Source: Candidatus Altimarinota bacterium (GTDB taxonomy: Bacteria > Patescibacteriota > Gracilibacteria > JBDHUY01). Taken from it: a stretch of DNA of 64,000 nt. This document shows positions 1 through 9,099 of this stretch, piece by piece. Every line of letters begins with the position of its first letter. Positions within the stretch are counted from its first letter, which is position 1. The stretch spans positions 96,001 to 160,000 of the forward strand of contig JBDHUY010000003.1 in NCBI GenBank assembly GCA_039809385.1, in the 5' to 3' direction. Made by a program: the position numbers and the translations under genes. The notes beneath the pieces are model-generated. The model made no database searches and was not told the DNA's origin. It saw only the letters and a program-made list of their open reading frames with translations.

Positions 1-1
1 C

Positions 2-1570
2 TCCTTCCAGATTCTCTTTTCCGCGCTGGTCTTTATCATGCAACTTTTTTTCAGCAGCCGGATTCTACATCGTTTGGGGTTGATCCGCAGTTTTTTTTGT
101 ATGCCGCTTTTGGCGCTTTTCGGCAGTGTACCGGCGATCTTTTTTTCGGGAGGACTGTTATTGCCGGCTTATTTGAAAGGTGTTTTGGATACCTTGGGAT
201 CGGTCCACAAAGTAGCCTACCATAATGCCTATTATGCTATTCCCGAACATATCCGCGAACATATTCGCGAACTGATGGAAGGCGTGGTACGTCCGGTGGG
301 CGTGATTGTCAGCATGGCGGTGATTTTCTCGTTTCAGTATCTTTTTCAGGGTGGAGACAAGCTGTTTATCAATATTCTGCTAACCGTAGCTTTTGCCGCG
401 ATGATTTTCATTACCCGCCAATTGCGCAAAGAGTACACCTCAATCGCCAAAAAGAATCTGGAAATGTCGAAGGAGTTCGGTTTAAAATCGCATGCGATCG
501 AGATACTGAGTCAGAAAGGACATGAAAATGCGGCCGATATTCTGAGCAAATCTCTTCTTTATCGTAAAGAGACCTCCGAAGTAAAAGTAAAGATCCTGCA
601 TGCGCTGGGCGATATTCAGGATCCGTTGTCGCTTCCCGAGATCTTGTTGTGTCTGCAAGATTCCGATCTGGAGGTTAAGATTGCCGCATGTCAGGCTTTG
701 TCGAAGTTTAAAAATCTGGGCCAGCATTTCTATTCCCAGGCTTTTTCGCAACATCGCATCATTGTTTCTCTGACCGAACTTTTTCACCACGAAAACAGTA
801 AACGGATCCGCTCGGCTATTATTCGTACCTTTGCGCGATTACAGCATGCCAATACTGTCCCTTTTTTAATTGAGACAATTCAAAACACCGACGACGAAGT
901 ATTGATCGCCGATTCAATTTACGTGATGGGACTTTTCAAAGACGTGAGTACCTGGCATTATGTTTCGCCGTTTTTGACCTCCTCCAACCCGCGGATCAAG
1001 GCCAATGCCATTATCGCGTTGTGGCAGTTTGAAAAATATCGACTACAGCTTCTCATCCACCTGCTCGCTTTGCTCGAGAGCAAGGATAAAAACAATAATC
1101 TTTCGGGTATTTACGCCGTTGGAGAGATCAAAGCGATTCAGGAGTTGCCTTTACTGAAAAAGTTTTTGGCTGTCACCGACGATATGGATATACGCCGCTA
1201 TGCGGCCGTCGCACTGCTAAAATTGAATCAGGATGAAGCGATTGCGCCTTTGCTGAGTCTCCTGTTTGAAGAAGGCGAAGAGTTAGCCCTCAAGACGTAC
1301 GAGGATATTCGAGAAATACACAATAAGACCTCGCTCAATCTGCGTAAACTCATTCACACCGAGGGGACGAATCTGGTCAACCGGCTCCTCTTTGACCACG
1401 GTCTCCACCATTCGGAATGGAAAGACTTGCCTCGCGAAAAACTTGTCTTACTGTTACGGTACTATCGTCTTCTGGATCATGAAAAAGAAGCGTTTCGGGT
1501 GAAGAACTTGCTCAGAGATATGGAAGCAAGCGGACAGCTTACGGCTCACAGCTTACAGTCTACACCGTAA
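2..1570 (+). CDS. 5'-partial membrane protein: MFS/NTT(Npt1)-like transmembrane region fused to C-terminal HEAT repeats
   Basis: Frame is open from base 2. Hydrophobic helices are followed by HEAT-like repeats (VKVKILHALG, VKIAACQALS, IKANAIIALW, IRRYAAVAL). Confidence 0.65.
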   Translation, partial: SFQILFSALVFIMQLFFSSRILHRLGLIRSFFCMPLLALFGSVPAIFFSGGLLLPAYLKGVLDTLGSVHKVAYHNAYYAIPEHIREHIRELMEGVVRPVGVIVSMAVIFSFQYLFQGGDKLFINILLTVAFAAMIFITRQLRKEYTSIAKKNLEMSKEFGLKSHAIEILSQKGHENAADILSKSLLYRKETSEVKVKILHALGDIQDPLSLPEILLCLQDSDLEVKIAACQALSKFKNLGQHFYSQAFSQHRIIVSLTELFHHENSKRIRSAIIRTFARLQHANTVPFLIETIQNTDDEVLIADSIYVMGLFKDVSTWHYVSPFLTSSNPRIKANAIIALWQFEKYRLQLLIHLLALLESKDKNNNLSGIYAVGEIKAIQELPLLKKFLAVTDDMDIRRYAAVALLKLNQDEAIAPLLSLLFEEGEELALKTYEDIREIHNKTSLNLRKLIHTEGTNLVNRLLFDHGLHHSEWKDLPREKLVLLLRYYRLLDHEKEAFRVKNLLRDMEASGQLTAHSLQSTP

Positions 1571-1603
1571 AAGGGCTATTTGAGATTCCCGATGCGTTTT
1601 TTT

Positions 1604-1625
1604 GCTGGCAGCCGTCGACTGCCGG
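1604..1625 (-). repeat. Intergenic copy of a GACAGCY-type heptamer repeat, shared with the murF coding sequence
   Basis: Reverse complement CCGGCAGTCGACGGCTGCCAGC matches 23254-23275 at 20/22 positions. Confidence 0.6.
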
Positions 1626-1691
1626 TTGTTCTCTCTTTGCTTTTGTGATGATCTGAAAAAACGGTATAATCGGGGTACTTGATTTTTTCGT

Positions 1692-2858
1692 ATGCGCATT
1701 GTCTTTACCAGATTTCCGTTTTCTTCGGCACTCGGCGGACTGGAAACCGTGACGCTCCGCATGGCCCGGGGACTGCGGGAAAGGGGATATGACGTTTCGT
1801 TTATCGGGACCTGTCCGGTTTTGTCCAGACTCTTTGAAGAAGCCGGCTTTTCTACGACCTATCTATGGTTGCCGCGCGCACCTGTTTCCAAACAAAGCCT
1901 GCTGGTTTTCCTGGCTATGTGGCCGTGGCTTTTTTTCCAAAAGCGCCGTTTTTTACGTCTCTTTACAAAAGGCGATGCGGTCTATATGCTCTCTCTTTCT
2001 GAAAAAATATTGTTGACCAAGTCACTCAAACGCGACGGGGTACGTGTCGTATGGGGAGAGCACGAGGCGCTCATGGAAGATGACGGACATTGGCGTAACT
2101 GGTTGGCGAAAAATCCTTTGTTGGGTTTCTACCGTCGCATGTCTTCCTATGCCAGGGTTGTGGCGGTCTCGGATCGTCTCGGACAACAGTTTGAACAACT
2201 GGGAAACATTCGTAATCTGATCGTTATCCCCAACGGCGTCGATACTGAAGTATTCCGCCCGATGTCTTCTTCTGATTCGCTTTTTCGCGCGCTTACCGAT
2301 CTGCGAAAAAAACATCCGGATATCTTTCTGATCGGTACGGTAGCTCGTTTAAAACCCGAAAAGGGGGTACGCGAGTTTCTCAGTGTTGCCGAGCGGCTGT
2401 CTTTGAAAATGCCTGCTTGCCATTTCATTCTGGCTGGCGACGGCGAATTACGTTCCGAATTGCAAGAAGCCGTTCGCGCCAAAAATATGGCAGAACGCGT
2501 TACCTTGCTGGGTGAAATCCCGGCTACCGGGATTCCGTCATTGTATGCTTCTTTGGATCTGTGTCTGTTTCTCTCGACCACCAAAGAAACGTTCGGACTT
2601 ACGGCTGTCGAAGCAATGGCGATGCAGCGGCCCACACTGATTTCGAAGCATTTTGGTTTTTTATCGCCCGACTTGTTCCATGAAGAGTATATTCTGGATC
2701 CGCATGATATCGATGGTGTGGTCGCTACGGTGTTGTGGTTGGTTCAATCTCCGGAAAGTTTACAACTACTTGCTAGGAAACAACGAGATCTGGTGCTCCA
2801 TCGGTTTTCGATTCAGAGTATGCTTAATGCGTACGAGCGTTTGTTTACGTCTCAATGA
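1692..2858 (+). CDS. Glycosyltransferase family 4 (GT-B)
   Basis: Motifs GGLE, IPNGVD, ARLKPEKG and ETFGLTAVEAMA. Confidence 0.92.
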   Translation: MRIVFTRFPFSSALGGLETVTLRMARGLRERGYDVSFIGTCPVLSRLFEEAGFSTTYLWLPRAPVSKQSLLVFLAMWPWLFFQKRRFLRLFTKGDAVYMLSLSEKILLTKSLKRDGVRVVWGEHEALMEDDGHWRNWLAKNPLLGFYRRMSSYARVVAVSDRLGQQFEQLGNIRNLIVIPNGVDTEVFRPMSSSDSLFRALTDLRKKHPDIFLIGTVARLKPEKGVREFLSVAERLSLKMPACHFILAGDGELRSELQEAVRAKNMAERVTLLGEIPATGIPSLYASLDLCLFLSTTKETFGLTAVEAMAMQRPTLISKHFGFLSPDLFHEEYILDPHDIDGVVATVLWLVQSPESLQLLARKQRDLVLHRFSIQSMLNAYERLFTSQ

Positions 2859-4282
2859 ATCTTGCTAAACCGACTTACCAGCTCATCTACCACGCTTGAA
2901 CCGTCTTTATACAGAATCGTCCGTACCCAGCGGGCCGTATTGCCTTTGCGGTTGGGACCGGTGAGTGTGACTTCCTGAAAATGACGGTTGCCGAGCATCT
3001 GGAGATTTACCACATTATCCTTGGGGTAACGAACATGGAGTAAAAGGGGCGATCCGGTATTGTTTTTAAACCTCAAATTCGGCCTGCTCCCATAGACAGC
3101 GGCGTCCAGTCCGAATTTTTCCATCGGGTAAAAACTTCGGTAAAAAATCGTATGTTCGCGCCGTTCGGTTATCTGGAGTCCGCTGCGGTAGGCCGCTTCA
3201 AAGATTGCGGTAGCTGCTCCGCAGATACCGCCTCCCACCGCTTTCTCCTCTTTCCCTTTGATAATCACCCAGCCCAATAAAAACTCGCGTAGCCCGTTAT
3301 CGTAAATTTTGTCGGCAAAATTAAATTCCTCGTCGGGCATCAGTACCATTCCGTCGATTTTAGCCAAGGCAATCTTGATATTCGTTTTTCTATACGAAGG
3401 GCTTTTGCTAAAATCATATTCCGATTCGCCGACTTTTTCGCGTACTCCCAGTTCGCGTACTTTTTCTTTGACCGTATCGGACAACTCCGGATCGTACAGC
3501 AGCGGATTTTCTTCCAGCGTCGCCAGCGTTGTCGCAAAGGCATCGCGTACCGCACTCAATTGTTCCAGTTTGCGCGACAATTCTTCACTTTTCCCGGTGT
3601 CGCGCAGGCGATATACTTTTGCGTTCCCTTCGGCAAGGATCGTATTGTAGTGTTCCAGAGTTTTACGGGTACGGTCGATGTTATAGTATTTCGCAGTAGT
3701 CACTTCATAAGGATTGGCTTCCAGACCAGGGAAGTAGCTTTCCAAAACACCGTCATACGATGACAAAATCAGATCGCGGTTAAGAATTGCCAAGGCTTCG
3801 TCGCCCGAAAGTGTATCTATCGGAGTCCCTTCGCTCAAAATTCCGTCTCCGAGGGCTTCGAACAAATACGGTGCGTACCACGGACCGTACTCTCCGGCCT
3901 GTTGCGCGGCTGTCAGAAGTTCTGGCGAATTCTCCCATTTCATGGTATAGAATATTTTCAGAAAAACCGGCAATGAAATAGTACTGTCCCCTTGGAAATA
4001 ACTTTCGATATTGTTACACGTAATCACTTCCATGTCGCATGCGGTCGTGACCAGGGCATACGATGTATCGGACGGCCATACGTCGAGCCAGTATTGTTTA
4101 AAAGTCGGAGGTGTAATAACATAATCGGGGTTGACGTGTCGTCCGAAATGTCCAAACAAAATATCCAGCGCCTGGTTCTTAGTCAAATTTTGTTCTTCGG
4201 CTTCTACGAAAGCGTTACTTTGAAAAAACATCGTCCCGCAGACGATGCTTAATGTAAGAATGACGACGCTATGAAGTTTCAT
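2852..4282 (-). CDS. Secreted VanW-family protein with an SLH-like N-terminal region
   Basis: Signal peptide, then VanW motifs (NIKIA, EFNF, GGGICGAATAIF, ERREH, GLDAAVY, NLRFKNNT). Confidence 0.85.
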   Translation of the reverse strand: MKLHSVVILTLSIVCGTMFFQSNAFVEAEEQNLTKNQALDILFGHFGRHVNPDYVITPPTFKQYWLDVWPSDTSYALVTTACDMEVITCNNIESYFQGDSTISLPVFLKIFYTMKWENSPELLTAAQQAGEYGPWYAPYLFEALGDGILSEGTPIDTLSGDEALAILNRDLILSSYDGVLESYFPGLEANPYEVTTAKYYNIDRTRKTLEHYNTILAEGNAKVYRLRDTGKSEELSRKLEQLSAVRDAFATTLATLEENPLLYDPELSDTVKEKVRELGVREKVGESEYDFSKSPSYRKTNIKIALAKIDGMVLMPDEEFNFADKIYDNGLREFLLGWVIIKGKEEKAVGGGICGAATAIFEAAYRSGLQITERREHTIFYRSFYPMEKFGLDAAVYGSRPNLRFKNNTGSPLLLHVRYPKDNVVNLQMLGNRHFQEVTLTGPNRKGNTARWVRTILYKDGSSVVDELVSRFSKIH

Positions 4283-4382
4283 ATTTACCTTATGAAGATC
4301 ACGCTCTCATTGTATGTTGTGGTTACCAAAACGCAACTGAAAAATGTCGTTTCCGCGTAATTTCATTTTTTATCCGTTCCTC

Positions 4383-4739
4383 ATGTCGCTGATATCGCCC
4401 GAAAAACAGCAGGAAATACGAGAAAATCTTCTTCGTTTGTCTATTCGGGAATCCGATATTCGAGAAACTTTTGTGCGCGGGAGCGGCAGCGGGGGACAAA
4501 AGAAGAACAAGACCAGCAACTGTGTCGTGTTATCCTACCCGCCCCTCGATATCACGGTACGCTGCGAACGAGAACGGGAACGCGAGACCAATCGTTGGCT
4601 GGCGCGACGGTTGCTGGCCGAAAAAGTCGATCAGCAAAAAACGGGTAAGCGGGAAGATGTGCGTACTTCTGCGATCCATAAAAGGCGGAAGCAAAAGAAG
4701 CGGGCTGCCCGCAAACGGAGAGCGAATCAGGAAGTATGA
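4383..4739 (+). CDS. Peptide chain release factor-like peptidyl-tRNA hydrolase (ArfB/YaeJ-like, RF-1 domain)
   Basis: GSGSGGQKKNKTSNCV carries the GGQ motif, followed by a basic C-terminal tail. ATG at 4383 is preferred as start. Confidence 0.85.
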   Translation: MSLISPEKQQEIRENLLRLSIRESDIRETFVRGSGSGGQKKNKTSNCVVLSYPPLDITVRCERERERETNRWLARRLLAEKVDQQKTGKREDVRTSAIHKRRKQKKRAARKRRANQEV

Positions 4740-4790
4740 ATAAACATGTATTGCTCTTTTCCTATCACTCTGGCTTTGAGTTTTTTTCTT

Positions 4791-4826
4791 TCACTCTGAG
4801 CGAAGCGAAGAGTCTCGGATTGCCAC
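4791..4826. repeat. REP-like repeat half (TCACTCTGAGCGAAGCGAAGAGTCTC...) forming the sdpI 3' end
   Basis: Hairpin-type sequence ACTCT-GAGCGAAGCGA-AGAGT resembles GTCATTCTGAGCGAAGCGAAGAATCT-type dispersed repeats. Confidence 0.55.
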
Positions 4827-5459
4827 TATCTTTCGATAAAGTACATACGAGTAGACGATCGGGACAACGGCAGCTAAAAAGAGCGCGACAATGAAAACAA
4901 GAACGACCTGCCACTGAAATGTTGTATTTACAAGAAACAATAATCCTGCCACAACGAAACACCATCCGCCCAAGCGATGCGTCTTATTCCATACCTCTTC
5001 ATTCTTTAGTGTCCAGGGGGTGCGAATTCCGAAAAAATAGTTCTGACGGATTTTCCCCATGTAGTTCCCGATCAGGACAAAGAAGACGCCCAAACCGATT
5101 TGCATGAAGGGCAGAATCGATTCCTGCGGATGAAAAATGAGGTATAAAATGACACTGTGCAGGTACAGCATGAAAATCAGAAAACCGATTTGAAACATCT
5201 GCCAGGCTTTGACGAATTGCTTATACTTTTCGCGATTCGGATCTATTTTGGGAATGACCCAAAATAGTCCCTGCAACACGATCACCATAATCGGTATCAA
5301 CAAAACCGACCAGAATTTGTGGCCGTATCCGTCGATCTCGCCCGCCGCATTCCAGTGGATCGGCACCGTTTCGGGGAGCAGGGGATAAAACCAGGCCGAG
5401 AGCGCCACAATCTTGGCAATGAGAACGAGTTTTACGATCAGCCACCAGTTGGGTTTCAT
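4791..5459 (-). CDS. sdpI: SdpI-family immunity membrane protein (DUF1648 + SdpI domains)
   Basis: Motifs VPIHWNAAGEIDG, IPKIDP and NYFFGIRTPWTL..EEVWNKTHRLGG. Lies downstream of an ArsR gene. Confidence 0.9.
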   Translation of the reverse strand: MKPNWWLIVKLVLIAKIVALSAWFYPLLPETVPIHWNAAGEIDGYGHKFWSVLLIPIMVIVLQGLFWVIPKIDPNREKYKQFVKAWQMFQIGFLIFMLYLHSVILYLIFHPQESILPFMQIGLGVFFVLIGNYMGKIRQNYFFGIRTPWTLKNEEVWNKTHRLGGWCFVVAGLLFLVNTTFQWQVVLVFIVALFLAAVVPIVYSYVLYRKIVAIRDSSLRSE

Positions 5460-5531
5460 GGGGGGGAAAGTTTAAGAAATAAGACAAGTATTATGTATGA
5501 TGCAGTATGTATAAAGTATGGGAGCAAGGGA

Positions 5532-5798
5532 TCATTTCTTTTTGCGATCAAGGAGTTTCATGCTCCAGGCGATGATCTCTTCGAACACCGACGTGTTGAG
5601 CGAATAAATAACGAACTGTCCCTGACGTTCGGCAATGACCAGCTTGGCTCTTTTTAAAATATCCAAATGGTGAGAGAGAGAGGCCTGGGTGATCTCGAAA
5701 TTCTTTAAAAGATCGGAGACCGACATGTCTTTCTTTTTTAACAGCCGAATAACCTTGCGCCTGTTCGGATCCGAGAGGGCCTGAAAGACAGAATCCAT
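5532..5798 (-). CDS. sdpR: ArsR-family autorepressor SdpR
   Basis: MDSVFQALSDPNRRKVIRLL...ITQASLSHHLDILKRAKLV..ERQGQFVIYSLNTSVFEE. True start is ATG 5798; adjacent to sdpI. Confidence 0.9.
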   Translation of the reverse strand: MDSVFQALSDPNRRKVIRLLKKKDMSVSDLLKNFEITQASLSHHLDILKRAKLVIAERQGQFVIYSLNTSVFEEIIAWSMKLLDRKKK

Positions 5799-5809
5799 AG
5801 ACGAAAAGA

Positions 5810-5861
5810 TATATAGATAATTGTCTATATAAATAATAATGCCTTGATAAAATAATGTCAA
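5810..5861 (-). promoter_or_regulatory. Sigma70 promoter of sdpRI with an overlapping palindromic operator
   Basis: Minus strand TTGACA(5861-5856)-N17-TATTAT(5838-5833), then inverted repeat TATATAGA-TAATTG-TCTATATA (5810-5831). Confidence 0.75.
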
Positions 5862-5883
5862 TATTTTTTGCACTACGATTCCT

Positions 5884-5912
5884 TTGACATGTGAAGCATG
5901 ATCGTATATAAG
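5884..5912 (+). promoter_or_regulatory. Divergent sigma70-like promoter
   Basis: TTGACA-N17-TATAAG upstream of the ORF at 5941. Confidence 0.5.
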
Positions 5913-5940
5913 ACATCTCTTAGTGTCTATTGTCTTATTT

Positions 5941-6540
5941 ATGAATGAGTCTGCAATACATACTCTCAATGACCTACGTGTAGCTCTTGAATTAGAAAAA
6001 CATCGTCACGAGAACCTCAATCCGGAAAAAATTGTTGATGCTCGATTTTCATTTCGACAGGTTTTAGAGTGGTATACATCGCTGATTGCCGAAGAACAAG
6101 TTCCTCCAGACGGAGCAGAGTTCTTGTATGGCGCCAAGGCACGTATACTTTCTAAAATACAAGCATGTTTAAACGATAATGATATCCCGGTGAATAAGAT
6201 CGCTGACCAAATCAAACTTGCGTTCTCTTTTCCGATTATCGATGAAAAGACCTTTGATCGTCTGCGAGTAAAGTATAATTTCAGATCCGAAAAAGAACCT
6301 TTAAATTTGTTTATTTTATGTAAAGATTTGGAAATAATGCGACTCTATTTTTTGTTATATGATCCGTCTATTCCCACGAGTAAATATATGACAAGATGGA
6401 TCCAGGAATTTCAAAAAAATCTACGGATTGATGAATCCGATGATCGACTCCAGCTTATGAAAAAAATCATGTTTCTATTGTACTCTCAAAAAACACGAAT
6501 GTCCCAACACTCATTTGGCACTTTATTGTTTCCTATATGA
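5941..6540 (+). CDS. Hypothetical protein (AT-rich orphan)
   Basis: ORF of about 200 aa with an upstream promoter; no recognisable motif. Confidence 0.55.
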   Translation: MNESAIHTLNDLRVALELEKHRHENLNPEKIVDARFSFRQVLEWYTSLIAEEQVPPDGAEFLYGAKARILSKIQACLNDNDIPVNKIADQIKLAFSFPIIDEKTFDRLRVKYNFRSEKEPLNLFILCKDLEIMRLYFLLYDPSIPTSKYMTRWIQEFQKNLRIDESDDRLQLMKKIMFLLYSQKTRMSQHSFGTLLFPI

Positions 6541-6585
6541 TCATTCAACAAAACATACCTCAACAGTCTTGTCCTGGCTATTTTC

Positions 6586-7638
6586 TCACTTTTTCTTAAC
6601 CGGGTAATCTGCCGGGTTGGCTTCTTTGAATGCTTTTTCAGCCTCTGCCGCCGCGGCTTCTTTCTCAGGATCGACGATGAATTGTTCCGACAGCATGGGA
6701 CGTAAGTACGAACGAATCACGGTTAGCGCCTGCGTCCGTTCTTTCTTGTCGGTGATCTTTTTAATCCGGTCGAAATAGGTGGCAAACTGGTAGTAATCGG
6801 TAACATTCCCTGCCTGCATTTTTTGGATGAGCCCGAATAACGTCGTCTCTTCATACCGGCTTACGGCGATCAACCGGTACCAGTCCAGCGGGTAGAACCG
6901 GTTGGAGATGAAATCCAGTATTTCGATATTTACTTTTTCGCTATTCCAGTTGAGTTTCCTGGTCAGTACTTCCAGGGGAGTTCGCTCCTCTTTCTTGTAG
7001 ATCGTTTTGAACCGTTCGTATACCGCATCGTCGAGTTGTGTGGGAAATCCCTCCTTCAGGATCTCGAAGTGTAAGTGTACTCCGCTCGAATTGCCGGTGG
7101 TTCCGGTTTTAAACATGGGCGTATCGGGATCGCTGATGTCTCCCACTTTTACATAGATTTCGGAAAGATGTGCAAAGATAAAGGTAAACCGGCCGGTCAG
7201 GTCGCGGGCAGTTATATAGTTGCCATAGAGGGGGTCGTGGCTGGTTTCGGTGATCACCAGGGGCAGTTTTACGGTGACCGGAAACGGGGTATTGAGCGGC
7301 AGGCAGTTTACGTCGTATCCGTTGTGCGTATGTCCCTGGTTGTTGGTAAAATGGCACCGCAGCGGGTTAATTTCCAAAAACGTCTGCGAAAAACGTCTCG
7401 TTACTTCGGCGTCGGAGAGATTCCGGTACTCTTTATAAGGGTCCACATACCCGTGATCCGGAAGCATAGTCGGAGCGGTCATGAATTCTTTCGGCGGCAT
7501 GGTTTCCGGTACGGCGGCAGTCGGCGTATCGCCGGTTACTTTTTCTGTATGCTGCGCCTGGAGTAGTCCCGGAGCCAACAGGAGCAGACCGAATATACTT
7601 GCCAATCCTATCTTGAAAACGTACTTCATACCTGTCAT
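6586..7638 (-). CDS. Secreted M23-family metallopeptidase
   Basis: Signal peptide, HNGYD (HxxxD), YGNYI, FAHLS and TGNSSGVHLHFE (HxH). Start at ATG 7638 or 7629. Confidence 0.88.
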   Translation of the reverse strand: MTGMKYVFKIGLASIFGLLLLAPGLLQAQHTEKVTGDTPTAAVPETMPPKEFMTAPTMLPDHGYVDPYKEYRNLSDAEVTRRFSQTFLEINPLRCHFTNNQGHTHNGYDVNCLPLNTPFPVTVKLPLVITETSHDPLYGNYITARDLTGRFTFIFAHLSEIYVKVGDISDPDTPMFKTGTTGNSSGVHLHFEILKEGFPTQLDDAVYERFKTIYKKEERTPLEVLTRKLNWNSEKVNIEILDFISNRFYPLDWYRLIAVSRYEETTLFGLIQKMQAGNVTDYYQFATYFDRIKKITDKKERTQALTVIRSYLRPMLSEQFIVDPEKEAAAAEAEKAFKEANPADYPVKKK

Positions 7639-7783
7639 ATATGATAGAGAGCGGTTATGAACAGGTTTATGGTATCGTTTTTTTGATCGGTATGCAAAAT
7701 TTACACTCAAAACTTTTTTGTTTCTAAAGCCATTCGAGAAGCTATAATACTAATGCACATGTTTTGACCATCTTGTTTCGCAT

Positions 7784-8155
7784 ATGGATACATCGATTTC
7801 GATTGTGCGTGAATCGGACTATCCTGCCGATACTATGACCGGTGACCTTATTCTCGTACAGGCACTCTTGTACAAAGTTCAGACATTGTTTCAGAATGGA
7901 GAAACTGATCTGCTGTCCGACTGGTCTTTCGAGTCTATTGTCTCTGTGTTTCGCGACCGTTTGGAAGCGAGCTTCGACTACCGGCGTCTGGAGTTTTTGC
8001 AAAACGGTCTTGAACAGGTTCGCGAGAAGACTACGAGATATAAGCAACGATTGGGGATTCTACAAAATAATCGTAGATCTCAAATACTGGATACGCTCAA
8101 GGATGTTATAGAGTGTTATGACACTAAATTTATTTACGTTATGAACGGTTGGTAA
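7784..8155 (+). CDS. Hypothetical protein
   Basis: 123-aa ORF ending 3 nt before mutM. Confidence 0.55.
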   Translation: MDTSISIVRESDYPADTMTGDLILVQALLYKVQTLFQNGETDLLSDWSFESIVSVFRDRLEASFDYRRLEFLQNGLEQVREKTTRYKQRLGILQNNRRSQILDTLKDVIECYDTKFIYVMNGW

Positions 8156-8158
8156 TCT

Positions 8159-8980
8159 ATGCCCGAACTTCCCGAAGTACAGACAACGGTGAATGACTTA
8201 AAAGCCCATGCGTCCGGAAAAAGAATTGATGCGGTAACGGTTTTATGGCCACGCACGATTGCCCGGCCCGATGTTGATGTGTTTGTCCAAACACTTGCAG
8301 GACAGATTATTGAAGATGTCACCCGCCGCGGCAAGTTTATCGTAATCCATTTGAAAGCTAAAAAACAGAAGAGATTTTTGCTCGTGCACCTGCGCATGAG
8401 CGGTTATTTTTATTTTCAGTCCAGCCCGGACATACTGGACAAACACGCCCGGGTGCTCTTTCAGCTGGATTCAAAACAAACCCTGATTTTCCGCGACCAG
8501 CGTAAATTCGGTAAAATGTATCTCGTTTCCGATATCAGCGAAGTAACGCAACAATTGGGACCTGAACCCCTGGACATATCTTTTTCGGATTTCGCCAGAC
8601 GTTTGTCGACGCGTAACGGCCGAATCAAATCGATTCTGCTCGACCAGACCTTTCTGTCCGGGATCGGCAATATTTATACGGATGAATCCCTGTGGTACGC
8701 CAAAATCCATCCACATACTCCCGGGCGGCAGCTTTCCCGTAAGTGCATGAAAGAGCTGCATAAAGCGATCCGGTTTGTTTTGCAAAAAGCCATTACGCTC
8801 GATGGAGCGAGTTTTGATCAGCACTATAAACGCATCAACGGTGCAAGCGGCCGCTACCAGAACGAGTTTTGTGCTTATTCCCGTAAAGAAAATCCCTGTT
8901 TGCGGTGCGGGACCCCCATTGTAAAAATGGTGGTGGGGCAGCGGGGAACGTATATCTGTCCGGTTTGTCAGAACGTGTAA
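8159..8980 (+). CDS. mutM: Formamidopyrimidine-DNA glycosylase
   Basis: Motifs MPELPEV, RRGKF, HLRMSG, GIGNIYTDE and C-terminal zinc finger CLRC...CPVCQ. Confidence 0.97.
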   Translation: MPELPEVQTTVNDLKAHASGKRIDAVTVLWPRTIARPDVDVFVQTLAGQIIEDVTRRGKFIVIHLKAKKQKRFLLVHLRMSGYFYFQSSPDILDKHARVLFQLDSKQTLIFRDQRKFGKMYLVSDISEVTQQLGPEPLDISFSDFARRLSTRNGRIKSILLDQTFLSGIGNIYTDESLWYAKIHPHTPGRQLSRKCMKELHKAIRFVLQKAITLDGASFDQHYKRINGASGRYQNEFCAYSRKENPCLRCGTPIVKMVVGQRGTYICPVCQNV

Positions 8981-9099
8981 GAACGTATGGGAAAGTATTC
9001 ATATAAAAGCTGGAAAGTGAATCAAGGTCACTTTGCTCTTGTATGTAAACCGAATTTGTCTATACTCGCGAGTGCAATTATTTAAAAGCCAACCAATAC

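Noticed and set aside
5799-5969. N-terminal extensions of sdpR (and likewise uppP 14625-14798) in the ORF track
   Set aside because: The extensions run through promoter/operator DNA; family homology begins at ATG 5798 and ATG 14624.
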